Positions 21,131 to 31,503 are shown, counted from the stretch's first letter. The stretch is 64,000 nucleotides of DNA from an uncultured Lichenicoccus sp. (GCA_963693035.2 CAXMMQ010000001.1:2457-66456), one strand, 5' to 3'. The notes: generated by a model from the letters alone, not told the origin. Made by a program: numbers and translations.

Positions 21131-22154
21131 CCTGCTGCTCTCCAGCCTGCGCCGCCGCCTCATCGGCTCGATGTCGGTGCTGCTGCTCGGTGGCCTGGCG
21201 CTGGTCTCGGCGCTGCATGCGCTGGAGCATGGCCGCGACCTCACCGGCCGCATCGGCCGCCTGCTGCTCGGCGACGAGCTGCCGGAGCCCTGGCAGGACC
21301 TCGCCGTGCTGCTGCCGTTCGGCCTGGTGATGCTGGCGCTGATCGGGGTGGTGACGCGGTGGAGTCTGCGTCCGCTGGATGTCGCGTCGCGCGAGGCCGA
21401 GGCGGCCGGGCCGGGCGATCCGGCGGCCCGCATCTCCACCGGCGGCCTGCCTTGCGAGCTGCGGCCGCTGGGGCGTGCGATGAATGCGGCACTGGATCGC
21501 CTCACCGCCGCCTGGGAAGGCGAGCGCCGCTTCACCGCCGATGCCGCGCACGAGCTGCGCACGCCGCTCGCCGCCCTGAGCCTGCGCCTGCAGCGCAGCC
21601 GGCGGCTGGATGCGCCGACCGACTGGACGGCGATCGACGCGGACATCGCAGCGATGCGGCACCTGGTCGAGGGCCTGCTCGACCTCGCCCGCAAGGAAGG
21701 TGGCGGCGGCGATCGCGCGCCGGTCAATTTCTGCCGGATCGTGCGGGAGGCGGCCGCCGGCGTGCATCCGCTGATCGAGGAGGCCGGCCGTTCCCTGGTG
21801 GTCGAGCTTCCGGATGCGGTCGTGGTGCGGGGCGAGGCCGGTGACCTGCGCGACCTGGTGCGCAACCTGGTGCAGAACGCCCTCCTGCACGGCGCCGGCC
21901 GCATCGCCGTCAGGATGGCGGCGTCGGCCGACGGCGTCGTGCTCGAGGTGGCCGACGAAGGCTGTGGCATTCCGGTGGCCGACCGGGAAGCCATGTTCGA
22001 GCGCTTTCGCAAGGGTCGGACTGCGACCGCGGGGAGCGGCCTCGGACTGGCGATCGCGCGCGCGGTCGTGGTCGCGCATGGCGGCCGGATCGGCATTCCC
22101 GACGGCGCTGGCTCGCTGGTGCGCGTCGTGCTGCCTGCCGGTGGCGCCGCCTGA
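21123..22154 (+). CDS. Sensor histidine kinase (QseC/PmrB-like) with a very short periplasmic loop
   Basis: Two TM helices, HAMP, ADAAHELRTPL, NLVQNALLHG, DEGCGI and GSGLGLAI. Confidence 0.93.
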   Translation: MRDLLLSSLRRRLIGSMSVLLLGGLALVSALHALEHGRDLTGRIGRLLLGDELPEPWQDLAVLLPFGLVMLALIGVVTRWSLRPLDVASREAEAAGPGDPAARISTGGLPCELRPLGRAMNAALDRLTAAWEGERRFTADAAHELRTPLAALSLRLQRSRRLDAPTDWTAIDADIAAMRHLVEGLLDLARKEGGGGDRAPVNFCRIVREAAAGVHPLIEEAGRSLVVELPDAVVVRGEAGDLRDLVRNLVQNALLHGAGRIAVRMAASADGVVLEVADEGCGIPVADREAMFERFRKGRTATAGSGLGLAIARAVVVAHGGRIGIPDGAGSLVRVVLPAGGAA

Positions 22155-22229
22155 CCGGGGTCTGCCGTGCGCATTTCATGGAACTGTCTCAGGACATGAC
22201 CGCGTCGCCCCGCCATAACGCGATCCAAC

Positions 22230-22245
22230 CTGACGGCAGGCTGAC
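22230..22245 (+). promoter_or_regulatory. Direct repeat CTGAC-N6-CTGAC, copy 3
   Basis: CTGACGG cagg CTGACGG upstream of TBDR2. Confidence 0.65.
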
Positions 22246-22289
22246 GGATCGGGCCGGATCAGCGCCGGGGGTGGAGAGGGCCGGCCTGC

Positions 22290-24530
22290 ATGGCCGGAGC
22301 GACGATGGCGATACTTCGACGATGGATGCATGGCGGCAGGCGCGCCATCCTGCTGCGCGCGGGCGTGTGTTGCGTGACGCTGCCGGCGCTTCGGGCTCAA
22401 GCGCAGACCGCGCCGGCCGCAGAGCAGGTTTTGGTCACGGGCGCGCGCGCCGATGCGGTGCCGGTCACGGCCTCCGAGTTCGCGCCCAGCCAGCCCAGCA
22501 TCGACGAGACCGAGCCGACCAGCACGGTGAATGCGGAAACCCTGAAGAAGATCCTGGTGCCGACTGCCGACTACAACGAGGTGGTAGCGCTGACGCCGAG
22601 CGCGATGGATGTCAGCCCAGTAGGACCGGGACTGCAGCAGGATTTCGGGCAGAGCATACGCGGGCTGCAATATACAGAGTTCAGCGTCCTGTTCGACGGC
22701 GTTCCGGTGCCCGGGTTTCCGTTCAACCTCGCGCCGCAGCCAGGCGCCTATTTCTTCTCGCGCGATTTCGGCAGCGTCACGGTCAACCGCGGCCCGGGAC
22801 CGGCTTCCGCGATCGGGGCTGCGACCTTCGGCGGGTCGGTCGACCTGCGGTCGCCGAACGTCTCGGGCGCGCCACAGCTCGAGACCTACGGCACCTTCGG
22901 CAGCTTCGGCACCAAGCTGTTCGGCGCCGAGGAGTCGTCGGGCTCGCTCGCCGATCTCGGCGGTGCCAAGCTCCTGCTCGACCTCACGCGCGAGGAAAGC
23001 GGCGGCGCGCAGTCGGGCTCGTCGACCGAGCGGCGCAACCTGTTCCTGAAATACGAGCAGCCGATCGGGCGCAGCACGACGCTGACCGCCGTCGTCAACC
23101 TCGACAACGACAACACCAAGACCCCGTTCGGCGCCACGCTTGCCAACATGAATATCTACGGCCGCAACTACAGCCTGAACTCGGATCCGACCTCGCTGGA
23201 CTACAGCGGCTACAACCGCGACTACTACACGACGGATTTCGAGTATCTCGAGCTGAAGTCCGATCTCGGTGCAGGCTGGAGCATCGACAACCACGCCTAT
23301 ACGACGGCGTACTACCAGCGCCACTTCCTCACCAACGATCCGGGCGGCAGCTCGCCCAACTTCTCCGGCACGATCTATCTCGACGGCGTCGCCACCCCTG
23401 TCAGCAACGATGTGCAGGGCACGGCCACCCAGCTGGACTACCGCAACTGGGGCGACGTGTTCCGGCTGAGCAAGGCCACGACATACGGCGATCTCAATCT
23501 CGGCGTCTGGGCGGAGCGCGAGGGCTTCACCACCAACGAGGTGCCGGTCGACTTCACCCGGTCCCGGCAGGCGTACTCCCCCAATCCCGGCTATCCGCAA
23601 TATCTCGCGAAGTATTTCGCATCCCTGACTACGGCGCAGCCCTACGCCGAGTATGTCTGGCGTCCGGCGAGCAACGTGACCATCACCGGCGGGGTGAAAT
23701 ACAGCTCCGTCACGCGCTACCTCAACGGCCCCGTCACCCTGACCGGTGCACCGGCCAACGATCATGCGACCTTCAACAAGCCGTTGCCGTCATTCGATGC
23801 GAACTGGCGCGTGCAGCCGGACTGGTCGTTGTTCGCGCAGGCCGCGGAGGGTTTCCTGACGCCCCAGCTCAACCTGTTCTCGACCACGACGCCTGCCTCG
23901 GTGCAACCCTCCACCACCTGGAGCTACCAGGTCGGCACGGTGTTCCAGCGCCGCTGGCTCAAGCTCGGAGTCGATGCCTACGACGTCGAATTCCACAACT
24001 ATATTTCCAGCAACAGCGTCGCCGGCATCACCACCTACTTCAACCAGGGCGGCGCCACCTTCAAGGGTGTCGAGGTCGAGGCCACGGTGACGCTCGGCCA
24101 CGGCTTTGCCGCCTACGCCAACGGCTCCCTGAACGACAGCAACTACGGCAATAACGGCAACAACCTGGCACAGACGCCGAGGCGCACGGCGACGCTGGCG
24201 TTGCTGTATGACCGCGGCAATGTCCTGCGCGACAAGGACGAGGTATTCGGCAACGTCGTGCTGAAGTCAGTCGGCCCGCAATACGGGCTCGACACGGCGT
24301 TCGAAGGCCGGTTCGACCAGTTCCCGATCAAGTCGTACAACGAGGTCGATCTGAATGCCGGCTACCTGCTGCCGCTGTTCGGCAGCCGCATCCGCACCAA
24401 CGTCAACGTCACCAACCTGTTCGACCACCGCTCGCTGACCGGCTATGACGGGCAGACGCTGGAAGGCCAGGCGCTCTACTGGGTGCAGGCCGGCCGCGGC
24501 ATCTTCTTCTCGGTGGCGGCCTACCTGTAG
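22290..24530 (+). CDS. TonB-dependent receptor (TBDR2), paralog of TBDR1
   Basis: EQVLVTG TonB box. Shares long blocks with TBDR1 (GPGLQQDFGQSIRGLQY, ERRNLFLKY, NRDxYTTDFEY). Start may be 22290, 22308 or 22326. Confidence 0.92.
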   Translation: MAGATMAILRRWMHGGRRAILLRAGVCCVTLPALRAQAQTAPAAEQVLVTGARADAVPVTASEFAPSQPSIDETEPTSTVNAETLKKILVPTADYNEVVALTPSAMDVSPVGPGLQQDFGQSIRGLQYTEFSVLFDGVPVPGFPFNLAPQPGAYFFSRDFGSVTVNRGPGPASAIGAATFGGSVDLRSPNVSGAPQLETYGTFGSFGTKLFGAEESSGSLADLGGAKLLLDLTREESGGAQSGSSTERRNLFLKYEQPIGRSTTLTAVVNLDNDNTKTPFGATLANMNIYGRNYSLNSDPTSLDYSGYNRDYYTTDFEYLELKSDLGAGWSIDNHAYTTAYYQRHFLTNDPGGSSPNFSGTIYLDGVATPVSNDVQGTATQLDYRNWGDVFRLSKATTYGDLNLGVWAEREGFTTNEVPVDFTRSRQAYSPNPGYPQYLAKYFASLTTAQPYAEYVWRPASNVTITGGVKYSSVTRYLNGPVTLTGAPANDHATFNKPLPSFDANWRVQPDWSLFAQAAEGFLTPQLNLFSTTTPASVQPSTTWSYQVGTVFQRRWLKLGVDAYDVEFHNYISSNSVAGITTYFNQGGATFKGVEVEATVTLGHGFAAYANGSLNDSNYGNNGNNLAQTPRRTATLALLYDRGNVLRDKDEVFGNVVLKSVGPQYGLDTAFEGRFDQFPIKSYNEVDLNAGYLLPLFGSRIRTNVNVTNLFDHRSLTGYDGQTLEGQALYWVQAGRGIFFSVAAYL

Positions 24531-24574
24531 CGAGGCTGCCGAAGTAGCCTGCCCGGATGCTTCCAAGTCATGTC

Positions 24575-25096
24575 ATGCACCCGCCGCGGATCGAGACGCC
24601 GAGGCTCGTGCTCGACGCGCACAGGCTGGAGGATTTCGAGCCCATGGCCGCGATGTGGGCCGATCCGGATGTGGTGCGGCACATCGGCGGCAAGCCATCG
24701 AGCCGGCAGGAGAGCTGGTACCGTCTGCTCCGCAACCGCGGGCTGTGGCCGATCCTGGGCTACGGCATTTGGGCGGTCCGCGACCGGCAGACCGGCCGCT
24801 TCGTCGGCGAAGTCGGATGTGCCGACTTCCAGCGGGCCACCGAGCCGTCGATCAGCGGGACACCCGAGGCAGGCTGGGTCATTGCCGCCTGGGCGCAGCG
24901 CCGTGGCTTCGCGAGCGAGGCGGTTGCTGCTGCACTCGCCTGGCTGGATCGAAGCCACCGGTTTCGCAGGACCATCTGCCTGATCGACAGCGAAAACGTC
25001 GCCTCGCTGCGGATCGCAGCGAACAACGGCTTTCAGCCCGCCGGAGCAGTCGGGCTGGACGGGAAGCAGGTGCCCCTGTTCAGTCGGGACCGGTAG
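24575..25096 (+). CDS. GNAT N-acetyltransferase, RimJ/RimL type
   Basis: IETPRLVL, PEAGWVIA..QRRGFASEA and NVASLRIA..NGF. Confidence 0.9.
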   Translation: MHPPRIETPRLVLDAHRLEDFEPMAAMWADPDVVRHIGGKPSSRQESWYRLLRNRGLWPILGYGIWAVRDRQTGRFVGEVGCADFQRATEPSISGTPEAGWVIAAWAQRRGFASEAVAAALAWLDRSHRFRRTICLIDSENVASLRIAANNGFQPAGAVGLDGKQVPLFSRDR

Positions 25097-25826
25097 AAGC
25101 ACGGCGGCCGCGCAGGATGCCGGCGCTGACCACAGAGACCAGCAGGAAGGCCACCGCCAGTGCCGGCATCGCAAGGTCGCCGCCCGGCCAGTGGAGACCG
25201 GCGCCCCCGCCGATCCAGAAGCTGCCGAAACCGCACAGCAAGGCGCCGGCGACCTGCTTGAGGGTATTCTCGGGCACGCGCGTGATCGGGCGGTGCAGGA
25301 CCAGTCCCAGCAGGGCGACCACCCCCAGGGCCAACGCCGCGCCGGCGCCGGCCGGGAGCCAGAGCCCGGCGCCGCCCGACCCGACCGCCACCACGATGAA
25401 CACGACCTCCAGGCCCTCCACGACGGTCGCCTGGAAGCTGGTGGCGAATGCCGCGCCGTCCCATCGACCCAACTGCACCGGAGCGGATGCGGCACGCCGT
25501 CGATGACGCTCGAAGGCGACGGTTTCGTCGCGCAGCGCGATGATGCCGGCCGCGCGCCGGGTCGCCTTGAGCAGCCACCGCGCGCCGAACAGGAGCAGCA
25601 ACAGGCCGAGGCCGAGACGCAGCGGCGCCAGCGGCAGATGTCGCAGCGTCGGCCACAGCAGGGCCACCAGCAGCAGCAGGACGCCCAGCGCGGCGGCGGC
25701 GCCGGCGAGCGCTGCGCGCCAGCCGCGCGTGGAGCCCACCGCCAGCACGACGGTCAGCGCCTCGATGCACTCGACCAGCGAGGCCGAGCCGGAAGCGAGC
25801 AGCGCCGACACCGCGTGCGGGCTCAT
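25080..25826 (-). CDS. COG4280-like membrane protein with duplicated ExxE motifs (FTR1/EfeU-like permease)
   Basis: About 7 TM helices; internal repeat ECIEALTVVLAVG / EGLEVVFIVVAVG; ATGA overlap with the OPT gene. Confidence 0.65.
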   Translation of the reverse strand: MSPHAVSALLASGSASLVECIEALTVVLAVGSTRGWRAALAGAAAALGVLLLLVALLWPTLRHLPLAPLRLGLGLLLLLFGARWLLKATRRAAGIIALRDETVAFERHRRRAASAPVQLGRWDGAAFATSFQATVVEGLEVVFIVVAVGSGGAGLWLPAGAGAALALGVVALLGLVLHRPITRVPENTLKQVAGALLCGFGSFWIGGGAGLHWPGGDLAMPALAVAFLLVSVVSAGILRGRRASTGPD

Positions 25827-27808
25827 GCCGGCGCACGCACCACATGGCGGACGAAGCCGGCGCAGACGGCCACGAACGCCGCCAATCCGAGCCAGGCGGC
25901 GATGCCCGCATAGCCCGGGCCGGTCAGTGAAAGCACGTCCTCGCGGCCGCTGGCGCCGATCACCGCCGCCAGGGCCACGCCCATCAGGCTCTCGCCGGCG
26001 ATGAAGCCTGACGCCAGCATCACGCCGCGCCGGCGATGCGCGTCGAGCATGCTGTCGCTGGCGACACCGCCGTCGCGACGCTGCAGCCGTCCGGTCAGCC
26101 AGGACAGCAGGGCGCCGATCACCAGCGTCACCGTCACCGTCGGCGGCAGGTAGAGCCCGAGGCCGACCGCCAGCACCGGCAAGCCCGGCCCGCGCCGCTT
26201 CAGCACGGCGTCGCCGGCCACCAGCAGCACGCCCAGGCCGATGCCGATCAGGATCATGGTCCAGTCGAGCTGGTGCAGAAAAATCCCGCGCGCGATCGTC
26301 GCCATCAGGGTCGCCTGCGGGGCGGCGAGCGCCTGCGCCGGGTCCATGCCGGCGCGCGGCATCGCCCCGGTGAAGCCGTAGGCGGAGTACAGCAGGTCGA
26401 GCACCGGCGGGATCACCGCGGCCCCCACCACGACGCCCACCATCAGCACGAGCTGCTGCCGCCAGGGTGTCGCACCCACCAGCTGGCCGGTCTTGAGGTC
26501 CTGCAGATTGTCGTTGGAGATGGTCGCCGCCGCCAGGATCGCCGAGGTCACGAAGAGCACCGAGGCGATGGCCAGGCCGCGATGATCGGCGGCGAATTCG
26601 CGCGGCAGGGCGCCGATCGCGTCGAGCGCCAGCAGCAGCAGCGATACCAGCACCACGGCGAGGATGGCGATGCCGGAGATCGGACTGGAGGACGAACCGA
26701 CGATGCCGGCCATGTAGCCGCAGGCCGCCGCCACCAGGAAGCCGAACAGCAGGCAGACCAGGGTGCAGGCGAGGCCGAGCCCGATGGCGGCGCCCAGATG
26801 CGGCGCGTCGGCCAGGAAGAAGCTGCAGAAGCAGGCCAGCAGGCAGAGCAGCATCAGCAGGCCGAGGCCGATGATCACCGGCGGTGCGAGGTCCCGGTCC
26901 GTGCGTTCGTCCTCGGCAGGCCCGCCGGCGCCGCTGCTGCGACGCGAGAGGGCGGCACGCAGCCCGCCGGCGACCGGGCCGATCAGGCCGATCAGGGTCC
27001 AGATGGCGGCCACCGCGATGGTGCCGGCGCCGATGAAGCGCACCTTGTGCGACCAGATCGCGGTGGCGAACGCCGCGGCACCGACGCCCGCCGGATGCGG
27101 CGTGATCGCAGTGAGCGCCGGCACCGCGACGCCCCAGCCGATCACGGCGCCGAGCAGGATCGCCAGACCCCCGCCGATGCCGACCAGGTAGCCGGCGCCG
27201 ACGAGGGCGAGCGAGAAGCCGGTGGAGAGCCGGAACAGCGCGAAGCCCGCGGCGAGCGTCACGCTGACGCTGTCGGCGAGCAAGCCGAGGCCGCCGCTGG
27301 CGAGGCTGAAGGCTGCCGCAATCAAGCCGCCCGCGACCAGTTCGCGCAACCCGCTACCGCCGCCCGTCATGTCGCCGGCGCGCAGGATCTCGGCCGCCGC
27401 GGTGCCTTCCGGGTACGGCAACGCGCTGCCGGTGACCAAGGCGCGACGCAGCGGGATGGTGAACAGCACGCCGAGGATGCCGCCGGCGGCGCAGATCGCC
27501 ATCACCCACACATAGGGAAAGCCGTGCCAATGCCCGATCATCAGCAGCCCGGGCAGCACGAAGATCACCGAGCTCAGGGTGCCGGCGGCCGAGGCCTGGG
27601 TCTGCACCATGTTGTTCTCGAGGATGCTGCCGTCGCCGGCGAGACGCAGCACCGCCATCGAGATCACCGCCGCCGGGATCGAGGAGGCGAAGGTGAGACC
27701 GACCTTGAGGCCGAGATAGACGTTCGACGCGGTGAACACGACGGTGATCAGCGCACCGAGCACCAGCCCGCGGAAGGTCAGTTCCCGGACCGAGGCGGTG
27801 CCGCGCAA
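25823..27808 (-). CDS. OPT family oligopeptide/metal-chelate transporter
   Basis: ELTFRG, NVYLGLKVGLTFASSIPAAVISM, ENNMVQT, YPEGTA and SNDNLQDLKTG. TTG start uncertain. Confidence 0.93.
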   Translation of the reverse strand: MRGTASVRELTFRGLVLGALITVVFTASNVYLGLKVGLTFASSIPAAVISMAVLRLAGDGSILENNMVQTQASAAGTLSSVIFVLPGLLMIGHWHGFPYVWVMAICAAGGILGVLFTIPLRRALVTGSALPYPEGTAAAEILRAGDMTGGGSGLRELVAGGLIAAAFSLASGGLGLLADSVSVTLAAGFALFRLSTGFSLALVGAGYLVGIGGGLAILLGAVIGWGVAVPALTAITPHPAGVGAAAFATAIWSHKVRFIGAGTIAVAAIWTLIGLIGPVAGGLRAALSRRSSGAGGPAEDERTDRDLAPPVIIGLGLLMLLCLLACFCSFFLADAPHLGAAIGLGLACTLVCLLFGFLVAAACGYMAGIVGSSSSPISGIAILAVVLVSLLLLALDAIGALPREFAADHRGLAIASVLFVTSAILAAATISNDNLQDLKTGQLVGATPWRQQLVLMVGVVVGAAVIPPVLDLLYSAYGFTGAMPRAGMDPAQALAAPQATLMATIARGIFLHQLDWTMILIGIGLGVLLVAGDAVLKRRGPGLPVLAVGLGLYLPPTVTVTLVIGALLSWLTGRLQRRDGGVASDSMLDAHRRRGVMLASGFIAGESLMGVALAAVIGASGREDVLSLTGPGYAGIAAWLGLAAFVAVCAGFVRHVVRAPA

Positions 27809-27811
27809 GGT

Positions 27812-29686
27812 TCAGGCCACCAGCGCGCTGCGCTCCTGGCGCAGCCAGGCACGCCGCGCATCCTCGTCGAACAGTTCGGACAGCTTCGCCATCATGGTGC
27901 CGCCCAGCTCCTCGGCATCGGTGATGGTGACCGCGCGCCGGTAGTAGCGGGTGACATCGTGGCCGATTCCGATCGCGATCAGCTCGACCGCCTGCCGGCT
28001 CTCGATGTCCAGGATCACCTCGCGCAGGTGCCGCTCCAGGTAGGAGCCCGAGTTCACCGACAGCGTGCTGTCATCGACCGGCGCGCCGTCGCTGATCACC
28101 ATCAGGATACGCCGGCTCTCGCACCGGCCGAGCAGCCGCTTGTACGCCCACAGCAGCGCCTCACCGTCGATGTTCTCCTTGAGCAGGCCCTCGCGCAGCA
28201 TCAGCCCCAGGTTGCGGCGTGCCCGGCGCCACGGCATGTCGGCGGACTTGTAGATGATGTGGCGCAAATCGTTCAGCCGGCCTGGCTCGCGCGGCTTGCC
28301 CTCGGCGACCCAGCGCTCGCGGCTCTGGCCGCCCTTCCAGGCGCGCGTGGTGAAGCCGAGCACCTCGACCTTGACGGCGCAGCGCTCCAGCGTGCGCGCC
28401 AGGATGTCGCCGCACATCGCCGCCACCGTGATCGGGCGGCCGCGCATCGAGCCCGAGTTGTCGATCAGGAGCGTCACCACGGTGTCGCGGAAATCCGTGT
28501 CGCGCTCGTGCTTGTACGACAATGAAAGCGTCGGATTCACCACCACGCGGGCGAGGCGGCCGGCGTCCAGGATCCCCTCCTCGAGATCGAACTCCCAGGC
28601 CCGCATCTGCTGCGCCATCAGCCGACGCTGCAGCCGGTTGGCAAGCTTGGAGACCACGCCGGAAAGATTGAGCAACTGCTGGTCGAGCTGCTGGCGCAGG
28701 CGGGCAAGCTCCTCGGCGTCGCACAGGTCCTCGGCGGCGACCTCCTCGTCGAACTGCCGGATGAACGCCTTGTAGGTGGGACCGGCCTCGATCTCGTGCG
28801 GCGGGTGCCGCGGCTGCGGCCCGCCGGGCCGGTCCTCGCCCTCGGCGGACCCCTCCTGCTCCTCGCCGGGCTCCTCGTCCTCCTCGGCCGCGCCCGAGCG
28901 GGCGAATTCCGGGGTCGGCGAGGGCTGCATGTCGCTGCCGTCGTCGCCGGCGCCGTCCTCGGGCGTCGGCGGCTTGTCGCCACCCTGCTCCTCGCTGTCC
29001 TGGTCGGACTGCGCGCTGTCGTCCTGCTCCTCCTCGGCCTCCACTTCCGCTTCGGCAAGGTCGTAGGCGGCGAGCAGCCGGCGGGCGGCGCGAGTGAAGT
29101 CGCCCTGGTCGTCCTGCGCACGCGCCAGCTCGTCGAGAGCCGCATCGGCGTTCTCGCCCATCGCATCGCGCCACTGCGCCAGCACCGCCTGCGCCGGGCG
29201 TGGCGACGGCCTACCCGACATGCGCTCGCGCGCCAGCAGCCCGAGGGCGGCGGCCACCGGCAACTGCTCCCTGCGCGTCATGCGGTCATAGCCGCCCTGC
29301 TCGCATTCCTGCGCGAGCCGGTCCTGCAGGTTGGCGGCGACGCCCGCCATGTGCCGGGCGCCGACCACCTCGATGCGGGCCTGCTCCAGCGCGTCATACA
29401 CCTCGCGCGCCTCGCGCGGGGCGGGCGTGCGGGCGGCATGCACGCGGCTGTCATGGTGGCGCAGCCGCAGCCCGGCGGCGTCGGCGGCGCCGCGCAGGCG
29501 GGCAATGTCGGGCGCCGACAAGGCACGCGTCGGTTGCGGCAGTCGCACGCGGTTGCCGACCACGTTGCCGGGGCCGGCCTGGAAGGTAACCTGCACGTCC
29601 GGCTTGCCGCCGATGGCACGCAACGCGCCGGCGGTGGCGCGCTTGAAGCTCTCGGCGCGGCCGTTCGGGTCGTTGCGTCCGCTCAT
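27812..29686 (-). CDS. cobT: Cobaltochelatase subunit CobT (VWA)
   Basis: Acidic linker; [16 protein letters not shown]; [10 protein letters not shown]; [12 protein letters not shown]. Confidence 0.96.
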   Translation of the reverse strand: MSGRNDPNGRAESFKRATAGALRAIGGKPDVQVTFQAGPGNVVGNRVRLPQPTRALSAPDIARLRGAADAAGLRLRHHDSRVHAARTPAPREAREVYDALEQARIEVVGARHMAGVAANLQDRLAQECEQGGYDRMTRREQLPVAAALGLLARERMSGRPSPRPAQAVLAQWRDAMGENADAALDELARAQDDQGDFTRAARRLLAAYDLAEAEVEAEEEQDDSAQSDQDSEEQGGDKPPTPEDGAGDDGSDMQPSPTPEFARSGAAEEDEEPGEEQEGSAEGEDRPGGPQPRHPPHEIEAGPTYKAFIRQFDEEVAAEDLCDAEELARLRQQLDQQLLNLSGVVSKLANRLQRRLMAQQMRAWEFDLEEGILDAGRLARVVVNPTLSLSYKHERDTDFRDTVVTLLIDNSGSMRGRPITVAAMCGDILARTLERCAVKVEVLGFTTRAWKGGQSRERWVAEGKPREPGRLNDLRHIIYKSADMPWRRARRNLGLMLREGLLKENIDGEALLWAYKRLLGRCESRRILMVISDGAPVDDSTLSVNSGSYLERHLREVILDIESRQAVELIAIGIGHDVTRYYRRAVTITDAEELGGTMMAKLSELFDEDARRAWLRQERSALVA

Positions 29687-29687
29687 G

Positions 29688-30755
29688 CTAGCGGGCGCGC
29701 GCCTGCATGACGGCCGGCGTCGGCAGCGACGTGGCGAGTTCCTCGTTGAAGCAGCGCTGGTAGTATTCGGCCACCGTCGGCCGCTCCGCCTCGTCGCACT
29801 TGTTGAGGAAGGTAAGCCGGAACGCGAAGCCGAGATCGTCGAAGATCTGCGCGTTCTCGGCCCAGGTGATGACAGTGCGCGGCGACATCACCGTCGAGAT
29901 GTCGCCGTTGATGAAGCCCGCCCGCGTCAGGTCGGCCAGCGCCACCATGCTCTCGACCCGCCGCTTGGTGGCGGAGTTGCGCCCGTCCCAGCCCATCTTG
30001 GACAGCACGATCGCGGTCTCCTGCGCGTGCGGCAGGTAGTTCAGCGTGGTGACGATGTTCCAGCGGTCCATCTGGCCCTGGTTGATCTGCTGGGTGCCAT
30101 GATAGAGCCCGGTGGTGTCGCCGAGCCCGACCGTGTTGGCGGTGGCGAACAGCCGGAACGCCGGATGCGGCCGGATCACCCGGTTCTGGTCGAGCAGCGT
30201 CAGTCGTCCCTCGACCTCCAGCACGCGCTGGATCACGAACATCACGTCCGGACGCCCGGCATCGTATTCGTCGAACACCAGCGCGCAGGCGTGCTGCAGC
30301 GCCCAGGGCAGCAGTCCCTCGCGGAACTCGGTGATCTGCTTGCCATCCTTGAGCACGATGGCGTCCTTGCCGACCAGGTCGATGCGGCTGATATGGCTGT
30401 CGAGGTTGATGCGTATGCAGGGCCAGTTCAGCCGCGCCGCCACCTGCTCGATGTGGCTGGATTTCCCGGTGCCGTGATAGCCCTGGATCATCACGCGGCG
30501 ATTGAAGGCGAACCCCGCCAGGATCGCCAGCGTGGTCTCGCGGTCGAATCGATATGCGGTGTCGATCTCCGGCACATGCTCGGTGCGCATCGAAAAGGCA
30601 GGGACGTCGATGTCGCTGTCGATGCCGAAGGTTTCTCGCGCCGGCAGCCGGATGTCCGGCAGGCCGAGCGAGGAGGTGGCGGCGAAACCGGGCTCACCCC
30701 GCCCTCCGGCTCTTGCCTCGTTGCCGGCTCCCGACAGGTCGGCGATCTCATCCAT
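29688..30755 (-). CDS. cobS: Cobaltochelatase subunit CobS (AAA+)
   Basis: [32 protein letters not shown] and [11 protein letters not shown]. Confidence 0.96.
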   Translation of the reverse strand: MDEIADLSGAGNEARAGGRGEPGFAATSSLGLPDIRLPARETFGIDSDIDVPAFSMRTEHVPEIDTAYRFDRETTLAILAGFAFNRRVMIQGYHGTGKSSHIEQVAARLNWPCIRINLDSHISRIDLVGKDAIVLKDGKQITEFREGLLPWALQHACALVFDEYDAGRPDVMFVIQRVLEVEGRLTLLDQNRVIRPHPAFRLFATANTVGLGDTTGLYHGTQQINQGQMDRWNIVTTLNYLPHAQETAIVLSKMGWDGRNSATKRRVESMVALADLTRAGFINGDISTVMSPRTVITWAENAQIFDDLGFAFRLTFLNKCDEAERPTVAEYYQRCFNEELATSLPTPAVMQARAR

Positions 30756-30823
30756 GAGGCTGTCCTGCTACCCTGTGCACACAATCGCCACGCTCGCCCC
30801 GGAAGGCCGCGGCCGATGATGGT

Positions 30824-31447
30824 TCAACCCGCCTCGGCGAGACCGGTTTGCCGCTGGCCCTGAAGATGGCTGCGCAGCGTTGTGTACGCCACGTTGATGG
30901 TCTTGAGCCGCTCCTCGGCCGCGCGGTCGCCGCCGTTGGCATCCGGATGATGGCGCCGGGCCAGCGTCTTGTAGCGGCTCTTGAGCTCCTGCATCGAGAC
31001 CGGCCAGGGCAGGCCGAGGGTGTCGAGCGGCTGGCGCAGCTCGGCCGGTCGCTGGTCGGCCGGTCTCGCATTCGCACGTCGCGCCGCGTGGCCGTTCAGC
31101 AGCCCGAGCGGGTCGAGGATCGCCTCCTCCTCGAAGGCCCGCGCCGCATGGCCGCCGCCGAGATGGCCGAGCCGCCAGGACGGCCGGTTCCACGACACGT
31201 CGGCGCGCAGGTGCGCCTCGATCTGCCCGGGATTCATGCCCTTGTAGAAGTCCCAGCGCGCATTGTACTCGCGGACATGCGCCAGGCAGAACCACCAGTA
31301 TTCGTTCAGGCTGTCGCGGGAACGCGGCGCACGGTAGCCGGCGGCCTCGGTGCAGTCCGGCATGTCGCAGAGCCGGCCCGGAGCATCCGGGTCGGGGTCG
31401 AAGGCCCTGTGGCGCGCAGTCCGGTGTCGCGGGGTCCTGGGGATCAT
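30824..31447 (-). CDS. J-domain (DnaJ-type) protein with N-terminal Cys motif
   Basis: CDMPDC..WFCLAHVREYNARWDFY; C-terminal J domain with HPD; usual position upstream of cobS. Confidence 0.9.
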   Translation of the reverse strand: MIPRTPRHRTARHRAFDPDPDAPGRLCDMPDCTEAAGYRAPRSRDSLNEYWWFCLAHVREYNARWDFYKGMNPGQIEAHLRADVSWNRPSWRLGHLGGGHAARAFEEEAILDPLGLLNGHAARRANARPADQRPAELRQPLDTLGLPWPVSMQELKSRYKTLARRHHPDANGGDRAAEERLKTINVAYTTLRSHLQGQRQTGLAEAG

Positions 31448-31503
31448 CAGGGCGTTTATGTGCGCCCGTCGGCATGGGGTGCAAGAGGCAACGGGGGATG
31501 ATG

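Noticed and set aside
30756-30823. Cobalamin riboswitch before cobS or the TBDRs
   Set aside because: No B12-box or GGGAA/GCCACTG elements in any of these gaps.
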